NCBI GenBank assembly: GCA_016713405.1 | Contig: JADJPF010000011.1 | Coordinates: forward strand, 114,989-178,988 | Reading direction: 5' to 3' | Source: Blastocatellia bacterium | Lineage (GTDB): Bacteria > Acidobacteriota > Blastocatellia > Chloracidobacteriales > JADJPF01 | DNA: 64,000 nt | In this document: piece by piece, positions 20,699 through 28,721 of the stretch | How positions within the stretch are numbered: position 1 is the first letter of the stretch | Layout of the letters: every line of letters begins with the position of its first letter | Notes under the pieces: model-generated | Databases searched by the model: none | Seen by the model: only the letters and a program-made list of their open reading frames with translations | What the model was told of the DNA's origin: nothing | Translations under genes and position numbers: made by a program

Positions 20699-20786
20699 TT
20701 TAATTAATAAAATTTTAATTTTTATTAATTTTTATTAATTTTTATTAATTTTTTTTTATTAATTTTTAATTAATAAAATTTTTTCG
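20699..20786. repeat. 10-bp-phased T-tract tandem repeat flanked by a 16-bp direct repeat.
   Basis: AATTTTTATT occurs 3 times perfectly (20717-20746) plus 1-2 degenerate units. It is flanked by TAATTAATAAAATTTT at 20701-20716 and 20769-20784. Confidence 0.8.
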
Positions 20787-20795
20787 ATTACAATG

Positions 20796-20897
20796 GGCGT
20801 TATCAGGAATAAAAAATCAGTTTCGTAAGACCCCCGAAAATAAATAACAATAATTTCTTAAACCCTATTAAATCCTTAATCCTGATAATGTCTAATA
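20796..20897. repeat. Family-2 MITE-like element, copy 1.
   Basis: The ends GCGTTATCAGGAATAA ... TTAATCCTGATAATGTCTAAT are inverted repeats. The right end is near-identical (reverse complement) to TATTAGACATTATCAGGAATA at 34357-34377. Confidence 0.6.
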
Positions 20898-21115
20898 AAT
20901 TTAAAATACTATTCAATTCAAACAAGCTAAGAAAGCCTTACTAAGTGGGTGAGCATAAATTTTCTAAGATAATAAAAAAAGAAATTTTGACTGACTATGA
21001 TTACATTGTAAGATTTATTTATACTTCTTCCACTTAAGGTAAATAACTAGAAATTTTTACTATCTTTAAGCTATGTAAGAAAGACATAGTTTATTTATAT
21101 TATCTGGAGGATAAA

Positions 21116-21511
21116 ATGAGCGTTGATTCAATTGTAAATTCTCTCTTAAAAGAAGTACCAAAAGCAGTAGCTGCTGGTGTAGTTGATATGGACAGTGGAA
21201 TGTTAATAGCAGTAAAAACAGTAGATAGTCACCCTCAACAAGTTTTGGATTTACTTGCAGCAGCAACCAAAGATCTTTTTGAAGGTGATAATGTAATGAC
21301 TATTGAGAACGTTTTTAAACGAGCTAGAGGAGTGAAAAGCGATGAAAGATATTTTCGCGAAATTATTGTAACTTCTACTAACTTACTACACTTTTTTAGC
21401 CGTTTGAAATCAAGACAATCAATTGTACTAACGGTTGTTTGTCGTATGGATGCTAACTTAGGCTTAGTAGTAACAAAAGCTAGAGATATTACCAATAGAG
21501 AAACTATTTAA
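21116..21511 (+). CDS. Roadblock/LC7 (MglB-like) domain protein.
   Basis: GGAGG lies 5 nt upstream of the ATG. The pattern AAGVVDMDSGMLIAV...LLAAATKDLF...EIIVTSTNLLHFFSRL...VLTVVCRMDANLGLV matches the Roadblock/LC7 alpha-beta-alpha signature as I recall it. Confidence 0.6.
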   Translation: MSVDSIVNSLLKEVPKAVAAGVVDMDSGMLIAVKTVDSHPQQVLDLLAAATKDLFEGDNVMTIENVFKRARGVKSDERYFREIIVTSTNLLHFFSRLKSRQSIVLTVVCRMDANLGLVVTKARDITNRETI

Positions 21512-21529
21512 TTTATTTTGGTTTCGTCC

Positions 21530-22212
21530 ATGATCAAAGCTAATAAACTCAGTGTGGGTTACGGCGAAAGAATTGTGTTAAAAAAGCTATTTTTCTCTCT
21601 ACCTGATTTACGTACTACATCGATTGTTGGGCCTGGTGGTAGTGGAAAAAGTACCTTATTAAAAGTATTAAGTGGTAATGATGGTGAAGCTACTCTTTGG
21701 AAAAAAGGTAGTTTCACTATCAGTTCTCAAAATTTAGCTTATTTACCACAAAAATTTTCTAGCAACAAAAAACATTACGCCAAGTTTTGATACAAGAAAA
21801 TGCTTCTTACTTAAATATCACTTGGTTATTAAACTGTTGGAAAGTTCTTCCTAATGCTCCAACGTTACTATTACAAAATTTAGATAAGCCTTTTGATGAA
21901 TTATCTTTATCATTACAAAAGTTACTGCAACTTGCTATTACATTAAGTGAGCGTTACCACTTAATAATGTTAGATGAGCCAGAAGTAGATATTAATGCTA
22001 AAGAACAAAATTGGCTGATTAAACAGCTTCAATCTCTTAATGGCTATAAGACCATTATTATTGTTACTCATAATTTAGCTTTTACTTATGAAGTAGCAGA
22101 CTATGTTATTTTTATGCTTGACGGTGAAATAATTGAAAGTGCAGACAAAGAAACATTTTTTAATAATCCAAAAAAATTAAGGACAAAACAATTTATTAAT
22201 TGGGGAAGTTAG
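21530..22212 (+). pseudogene. Orphan ABC-type (PstB-like) ATPase, split by a 1-nt frameshift in an A-run.
   Basis: Walker A GPGGSGKSTLLKVL. Degenerate signature LSLSLQ (instead of LSGGQ). Walker B LIMLDEP. H-loop IIVTHNL. PstB-like C-terminus FFNNPKKLRTKQFINWGS. Reading A6 at 21767-21772 as A7 gives ..SSNKKTLRQVLIQENAS.. No permease or binding-protein gene is nearby. Confidence 0.75.
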
Positions 22213-22218
22213 GAAAAT

Positions 22219-22683
22219 ATGGACTTTAATTGGGTAATAAAAGATTCTTTAGCTGGTTCAGATATGCCAGGCTTAATGAATGAGCTTGAAGAAGATATAG
22301 TTTTCTTAAAACAAATGAATATTCATTTAATCGTTACTTTGACAGAATCACCATTAAATCCATGTTTATCAAATTTTGGTTTTAAGGTAATTCATTTTCC
22401 TATTCTTGATATGGGATTTCCTATGCCTCGTGCTTGTCAAGAAATATGTAATCAAGTTATAGAATCTATAAACAATAAACTACCTGTATTATTTCATTGC
22501 AAAGCTGGTCAAGGCCGCACCGGATTAATGTTAGCTTGTACCTTAGTTTCATTAGGCCAAAGTGCAGAAGAGGCACTTTCAACAGTAAGAAAAGTAAATC
22601 GTGCTTATGTTCAAACAAATTCTCAAGAAAGTTTTATTACCAACTACTTTCAGTTTTTGTCAAAACAATTAATAACAATATAA
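22219..22683 (+). CDS. Dual-specificity / Cys-based protein phosphatase (CX5R).
   Basis: P-loop VLFHCKAGQGRTGLMLA, with an upstream D-loop candidate FPILDMGFP. Confidence 0.85.
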   Translation: MDFNWVIKDSLAGSDMPGLMNELEEDIVFLKQMNIHLIVTLTESPLNPCLSNFGFKVIHFPILDMGFPMPRACQEICNQVIESINNKLPVLFHCKAGQGRTGLMLACTLVSLGQSAEEALSTVRKVNRAYVQTNSQESFITNYFQFLSKQLITI

Positions 22684-22755
22684 GTGTTTTGTAAAAGACA
22701 CTTCCTTTATAAACAAAAACCTTGTGGTTTTATTTTTATAAATAGGAGGTTTCAT

Positions 22756-23823
22756 ATGCAAGAAATGCCTGTGCAACAGATTCAAAGCTCAATAAAAAAT
22801 ATTGTCTTAAAATTGCAAAACATAGACCTAAAAAAATATGAAGAAGCTACATATCAATATATTCTTAACAATTTACAATTAGAATTAACTCCATTATTTG
22901 ATGAATGGCAAGCATTTCTAAATAAAATAGATACTCACTATGCAATAATTTTAAGTGAGTCTAATAAAATATCAAATAATAACATTCAAGGTGAAATAGA
23001 AAGTTCAAATGTAGAAGATGATATAGATCTTTCTACTCCTATTAGTCAATTAAGTAATACTATTGCTATAGCTAAATGGGATTATGAATGGAAATCGGCA
23101 GCCTTAACATCAAAACTAGAGTCTGAAGATTCTTTAAGTCTTTTGTTATCTATTTGTAATATTTGCAGTGCAATATTTAAAGGCTCTCAAGCTATTGAAG
23201 AAACCTTATGCAATTATGAAGCAATAGAACCAGATGAACTGTTTGCTAATAGATCTAAAGAACAATTAATAATCTCTTTAGAAATACGTAGAGTTTATAC
23301 TAAGTTTTCTAAAATGGTGTCAGAAGAAAATTGGGCAAATGATATAGAATTAACTACAATGATAATTAGAGAAAGATTACGTCGTATTGGTTCTGCAATA
23401 GCTGTTCTTTATGGTAGAGATGTTTTTTCTCATCTACGAGTTTCTGATAGAGTTTTAATTAAACAATTGCAACAAAGAATATTAAACTGGTTATCTAACA
23501 AAACAATTGATTTGGAGACAGGAAAAACTATTTGGCAGGATGTTTGCAGCTTTGCAGAGTTATTAACAGAAATTAACAATAGAGCAGAGTTAATACAACA
23601 TGATAACCAAACACTTTCTACCGTGTACGATGAATTAGCCTCTTTACCTGATTTTATTAAACCTTTACCTGATAATTTATTTACTCAATTAAAAACAGCT
23701 TTTGGGCGTAATGGTTATTTAGATCAATTAATTCAACAATATAAAGATATCCCTGTTAGTCAATGGAAAAAAACTATCCATATTGTTAAGCAACAATTAA
23801 CTAGTTCTAATTCTTATGCTTAA
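22756..23823 (+). CDS. Hypothetical 355-aa, predicted all-helical protein.
   Basis: AGGAGG lies 6 nt before the ATG at 22756; the GTG at 22684 in the ORF track is unlikely to be the start. I recognise no domain. Same strand, 72 nt after the phosphatase gene. Confidence 0.6.
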   Translation: MQEMPVQQIQSSIKNIVLKLQNIDLKKYEEATYQYILNNLQLELTPLFDEWQAFLNKIDTHYAIILSESNKISNNNIQGEIESSNVEDDIDLSTPISQLSNTIAIAKWDYEWKSAALTSKLESEDSLSLLLSICNICSAIFKGSQAIEETLCNYEAIEPDELFANRSKEQLIISLEIRRVYTKFSKMVSEENWANDIELTTMIIRERLRRIGSAIAVLYGRDVFSHLRVSDRVLIKQLQQRILNWLSNKTIDLETGKTIWQDVCSFAELLTEINNRAELIQHDNQTLSTVYDELASLPDFIKPLPDNLFTQLKTAFGRNGYLDQLIQQYKDIPVSQWKKTIHIVKQQLTSSNSYA

Positions 23824-24211
23824 TAGACTAAGTAACTTAAAGAAATACAATTACTATAATTAAAATATTAAAGCTTTTTATTTATGAATTTTTGTTATTT
23901 CCATTTCAAGCCTTTAAAATATAGAACACTCTATTGTTCTTAAACTCAAGTCTTATAGTCTTTTGTTGGTTAAGAGGTTTCTGTTTTAGCTGATTTTATT
24001 ACTAAATCTGCTATTTACTTTTAGTTTTAATTAGAACAACAAAGAATATTTTTGTAGAGAAATAATAATGAAAAACAATGTTTTAACTAATCACACAACA
24101 CATTATCCAATACAACTTAGAAGTAACCATAGTATTTTGGAACAAATATGCAAGATGGAACATCTGTTTCACCTTGCATTTGTTATAAGAGGTTATTTAG
24201 CTTTGTAAATA

Positions 24212-25111
24212 TTACTGTAGTGCTTCTTTAAGCAAGGCTGCTCCACCAAGTAAGGCAGCATCATTGCCTAGTGTACATTTAGGTAGCTTAAAGTTTTCTA
24301 ATGCTGCTGGAAACGCTCTAACCTTAAGTTGTTTTTCAATTTCCGGTTCAAGTAATGGATAAGCAGATGAACCGCCTCCACCAATTACTACAGCTTGAGG
24401 GTTAAGAGTATTAAGCATGCCTGCAATTGCAATTCCTAGGGCTGAACCAGCACGAACAAAAGCACGTTGTGCGCCTTCGTCACCTTCATGCGCTAATTCA
24501 AAAGCTTTTTTGGCTGTATTAGCTTCTGAGCCATATTCTTTAGCTAATCTAGCCATTGCTGTAGCAGATGCGTAAGTTTCTAAACATCCACGCGCACCAC
24601 AACCGCAAAGATGGCCGTCTTCATCAATAGAAATATGTCCAATCTCTGCTGCTGCTCCATTTACCCCACGCCAAAGTTTGCCTGATAAAATAATTCCACC
24701 ACCTACACCAGTTCCTAAAGTGTAAACAACAACTGTGTGTAAGCCTACAGCAGCACCAAAAAAAGTTTCTCCCATTGCATAAACATTAGCGTCATTTTCA
24801 ATGATACAAGGCAGTTTGGTTTGTCTGGTAATTTCTGCTGCCATAGGATAATTATTAAGCTCTGGTAAATTAGGAGCTTTTGATAAACGATCCATTTGCG
24901 GCGAGGCTGTGCCAGGGGCGGCAATTGCAATACCTATTACTCCTTGATCTGTAAACTCTAGTGCTTGTTTGGAAATTAACCCAACTATTTCTTCTGCTCC
25001 GCGTGGGGTAGGGTGCATTATTCGTTTTACAACCTGGTTGTTTGCTACTAAAGCAACTCTAAGATTAGTTCCGCCTAAATCAACAGTGATAGCTGCTTGG
25101 TTTTCTGACAT
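24212..25111 (-). CDS. ROK-family glucokinase.
   Basis: DLGGTNLRVA, ENDANVYAMGE, and the ROK zinc motif HISIDEDGHLCGCGARGCLE. The start ATG at 25111 is preceded by GGAGG. Confidence 0.88.
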   Translation of the reverse strand: MSENQAAITVDLGGTNLRVALVANNQVVKRIMHPTPRGAEEIVGLISKQALEFTDQGVIGIAIAAPGTASPQMDRLSKAPNLPELNNYPMAAEITRQTKLPCIIENDANVYAMGETFFGAAVGLHTVVVYTLGTGVGGGIILSGKLWRGVNGAAAEIGHISIDEDGHLCGCGARGCLETYASATAMARLAKEYGSEANTAKKAFELAHEGDEGAQRAFVRAGSALGIAIAGMLNTLNPQAVVIGGGGSSAYPLLEPEIEKQLKVRAFPAALENFKLPKCTLGNDAALLGGAALLKEALQ

Positions 25112-25313
25112 TAGTGCCTCCAAATGGAAATAGTATTTTTAAGTTAAAAAATAAATAATAGGTTTCTTTAAGTATTTTTGGAAATGTCTTCTATTTAATC
25201 TGTCAAGTGTAATCATGATGTAACATTTTAGTAAATTTTCTGTAACAAAATTTTCCTGAAATATTGCAGATTAGGTCTGATAATTTTCTATAATTTAAGA
25301 AGGATAAAGCTTT

Positions 25314-26120
25314 ATGCCACATATTCAAGTCAATGGAGCTAATATTTACTATGAGGAACAAGGCGCAGGCAAAGAAACAATTGTTTTTGCACATGGATTG
25401 CTTTGGAGTGGGAAATTATATGAACAGCAAGTTAAAGTATTAAAAGAGCGTTATCGCTGCATCACATTTGACTTTCGCGGTCAGGGACAAAGCGAGGCTA
25501 CTCAAGATGGTTACGACATGGACACACTTTGCAAAGACGCAGCAGAGCTAATAAAAAAACTTAATGCTGTGCCTTGTCATTTTGTTGGCCTATCAATGGG
25601 CGGTTTTGTTGGTATGCGGCTAGCTTTTCGCTATCCAGAATTACTTAAAACTTTGACTTTGATGGAGACATCAGCCGATCCAGAACCCCAAGAAAACCTT
25701 GGACGGTATAAATTGTTAAATTTTGTTGTAGGTCTTTTTGGCTTTGGTTTAGTTATAGGTCAAGTTATGCCTATTATGTTTGGAAAAAAGTTTTTAACCG
25801 ATCCTAGCCGAGTAGAATTAAAAGCAGAAATGAAACGTCGTATTTTAAGCAATCGTAAAAGCATAACTCGTGCTGTTAAAGGGATAATTGAACGAAAAGG
25901 AGTTTATGAAGAAATTAAACAAATTAAAACGCCTACATTAATTATTGTTGGCGATCAGGACACAGCAACTGTGCCAGCCAAGTCAGAACGTATTCACAAA
26001 CAAATTGAAGGATCAAAACTAGTAATAATTGCTGGTGCTGGGCATACTTCAACCCTTGAAGAGCCTGAAAAAGTAAACCAAGTTTTAGTAGAATTTTTAG
26101 ACAGCAATAAACAATTGTAG
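25314..26120 (+). CDS. Alpha/beta-fold hydrolase.
   Basis: HGLLWSG, nucleophile elbow GLSMGG, and C-terminal GAGHTS. Confidence 0.85.
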   Translation: MPHIQVNGANIYYEEQGAGKETIVFAHGLLWSGKLYEQQVKVLKERYRCITFDFRGQGQSEATQDGYDMDTLCKDAAELIKKLNAVPCHFVGLSMGGFVGMRLAFRYPELLKTLTLMETSADPEPQENLGRYKLLNFVVGLFGFGLVIGQVMPIMFGKKFLTDPSRVELKAEMKRRILSNRKSITRAVKGIIERKGVYEEIKQIKTPTLIIVGDQDTATVPAKSERIHKQIEGSKLVIIAGAGHTSTLEEPEKVNQVLVEFLDSNKQL

Positions 26121-26195
26121 CCAAATGAAATCCCCAATAAAATTAGCCGCAAAGTTTTTAATTTACTAATTTTTAAGTAATTTTAGGAGTTTTTC

Positions 26196-27620
26196 ATGTC
26201 ATCATGAGACAATGATTATCGTATTGAAAAAGATTCTCTAGGAGAAATACGAGTTCCAGCTAAAGCCCTCTATGGAGCGCAAACCCAACGAGCAGTAGAA
26301 AATTTTCCTATTAGCGGGCTACGCTTTCCAAGAGAATTTATCCGCGCTTTAGGGTTAATAAAACTAGCTTCAGCCGAAGTTAATTTATCTTTAGGGTTGC
26401 TAGCGGCTGAACAAGCTAACCCAATTAAAGCTGCTTCTCAAGAAGTTGCAGACGGCCTTTTAGACGAACATTTCCCAATAGATATTTTTCAAACTGGTTC
26501 AGGTACTTCTACCAATATGAACGCCAACGAAGTAATTGCTAACCGAGCATTACAAATTATTGGTGTTGAAATGGGGTCAAAGCAAATTCATCCTAACGAC
26601 CATGTAAATATGGGTCAGTCATCAAATGACGTTATTCCTACCTGTATTCATTTAGCAGCTTATTTAGCTACAAGTGAAAGCCTGTTGCCAGCACTTAAGC
26701 ATTTGCACCAGACTTTAACAAATCGCATGGCTGATTGTGATGATGTAGTAAAAACAGGTCGTACCCATTTAATGGACGCTATGCCAATTCGTTTAAGCCA
26801 ACAAATTAGCGGTTGGGCCAGCCAAGTTAAACATTCTATTGAAAGAGTTAGTGCAGCACTTCCAAGACTTGCAGAAATGGCTTTAGGTGGTACTGCTGTA
26901 GGAACAGGCATTAATGCACATCCAGATTATGCTAAAGCCGTAGCTCAAGAATTAGCTCGGCTTACAAATTTACCTTTATGTGAAGCAGAAAATCATTTTG
27001 AAGCTCAAGCTGCCCAAGATGCTGCTGTTGAGCTATCAGGACAACTTAAAACAGTAGCAGTTTCCTTAATGAAAATTGCTAATGATCTTCGTTGGATGAA
27101 CTCAGGCCCACAAGCAGGGCTAGGGGAAATTGTTTTACCTGCTCTTCAACCAGGATCTTCAATTATGCCAGGAAAAATCAATCCTGTAATTTCTGAGGCT
27201 ACCATTATGGCTTGTGCGCATGTGATTGGTAATGACACAGCTATTACTTTAGGCGGTCAATGGGGTAATTTTGAGTTAAATGTAATGCTACCAGTAATTG
27301 CCTATAACCTTTTACAGTCAATTACTGTGCTAGCAAATGTCTCTCGTGTGCTAGCGGATAAGGCTGTAGCAGGCTTTACAGTAAACCGCGAGCAAATTGC
27401 TGATGTAGTAGAAAAAAATCCAATTATGGTGACAGCACTTAATCCAGTAATTGGATATGATTTAGCTGCTAAAATTGCTAAACGGGCTTATGCTGAAAAT
27501 CGCCGAGTCCGTGAAGTTGCCGAAGAAATGACAGATCTTAGTGCTGAAGAACTAGCTAAGCTTCTTGATCCACGAGAATTAACCGAAGGTGGCATTAAGG
27601 GCGGTGGCACAGGCGGCTAA
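26196..27620 (+). pseudogene. fumC: Class II fumarate hydratase with an in-frame TGA at codon 4.
   Basis: AGGAG-N6-ATG TCA TCA TGA, then 63 sense codons (DNDYRIEKDSLGEIRVPAKALYGAQTQRAVENFPISG...) in the same frame as ORF 26397-27620. QSSNDVIPT and GSSIMPGKINP favour FumC over AspA. Confidence 0.85.
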
Positions 27621-27647
27621 AAAATATATAAATAAATAATTGCTAAA

Positions 27648-27697
27648 AAAATAACCTGTAGGATAATAGCTAATACTTATTCTATAGGTTATTTTTT
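27648..27697 (+). terminator. Possible terminator after fumC.
   Basis: Imperfect hairpin ATAACCTGTAGGA...TCTATAGGTTAT followed by TTTTTT. Confidence 0.45.
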
Positions 27698-28198
27698 ATG
27701 AAAAATCTTCTTAAATTAATATTACTATTTTTTTTAGTAATACAGCTTAGTTGTAATCATTATAAATCCAACATTAATCAAAAAATAAAAGATTTAGAAC
27801 AATTGTTTAACCTAATAGAAAAATACCAAGTAAAAGACTTCCGTAACCAAGATTGGTGTAAAAATATTAACTATATTAAAGGAAAATATGCTAAAACTTC
27901 TAAGGAATCAACTTGCATTTTATTTGAAGGTGAGACAAAAGAATTTAATAAAGAGGCAGAAGAAGACTTTAATTTAATAGCTAGAGAGTTAGAAAAAACA
28001 AAAGCAGATGTATTATTTTTTAGTATAAAATTGGAAAATAACAAAATAGCTACAGCAGAATTTAATATAAATTGTGGGTTTTGTCGTCCTAGTTATGTAT
28101 ATGAACCAAATTATAAGCTACCAGAAAATATGGGTCAGGAAATGATATTTAGCCGAATAGATAATAATTGGTATTTAGTAGAAGAAGATTGGAATTAA
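27698..28198 (+). CDS. Hypothetical lipoprotein.
   Basis: Signal peptide with lipobox-like VIQLSC. No recognisable domain. Confidence 0.55.
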   Translation: MKNLLKLILLFFLVIQLSCNHYKSNINQKIKDLEQLFNLIEKYQVKDFRNQDWCKNINYIKGKYAKTSKESTCILFEGETKEFNKEAEEDFNLIARELEKTKADVLFFSIKLENNKIATAEFNINCGFCRPSYVYEPNYKLPENMGQEMIFSRIDNNWYLVEEDWN

Positions 28199-28219
28199 TA
28201 GAAAGGAAATATAAATTGT

Positions 28220-28555
28220 ATGAATAAGGAAACTAAATTAACCATAATTTTAATATCAAGTGTTGTTCCTGCTGGGGTAGCTGGGCTTGGTTATGCAGGC
28301 TGGATGGAAGTTGAGGTAAATATATTTGTTGCTTTGGCTATGGTAATAATTGGGGGAGCAGTTGCGGGGGTAATGAATGGTAATAATTCTTTAGAGAAAG
28401 CTTTATACCCAATCCCTTTTATTATTGGTGGAGTTGTTTTTATGTTTGGTACAACCTTTTACTTATCTTTTAGAACCGTAATTATGGATATTGAGTTAGC
28501 AATTCCTTGGAGCAGTAGGATTTATGGCTTTTTTACTCTCTTATGCCTTAATTAA
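28220..28555 (+). CDS. Hypothetical small membrane protein.
   Basis: Three or four hydrophobic helices. No known motif. Confidence 0.5.
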   Translation: MNKETKLTIILISSVVPAGVAGLGYAGWMEVEVNIFVALAMVIIGGAVAGVMNGNNSLEKALYPIPFIIGGVVFMFGTTFYLSFRTVIMDIELAIPWSSRIYGFFTLLCLN

Positions 28556-28721
28556 CAAAATTTTACAGGCGAAAATTAAAGACAATTCAGAGCGAGTAAA
28601 TTTTTAAATAAAACTAATAAAACTTAGGTTTAAATAAGCAACTTGGAAGTTAACTAGGTCGATAATCCCGAATGAATAATCATTCATTTTTAGTAAAATA
28701 AAAAATATAAAGGATAAAGCT

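Noticed and set aside
24069-24212. A 47-aa ORF (MKNNVLTNHTTHYPIQLRSNHSILEQICKMEHLFHLAFVIRGYLAL) downstream of the glucokinase gene.
   Set aside because: It has no convincing RBS, and its end abuts the convergent glucokinase stop. It is probably a chance ORF in AT-rich DNA.
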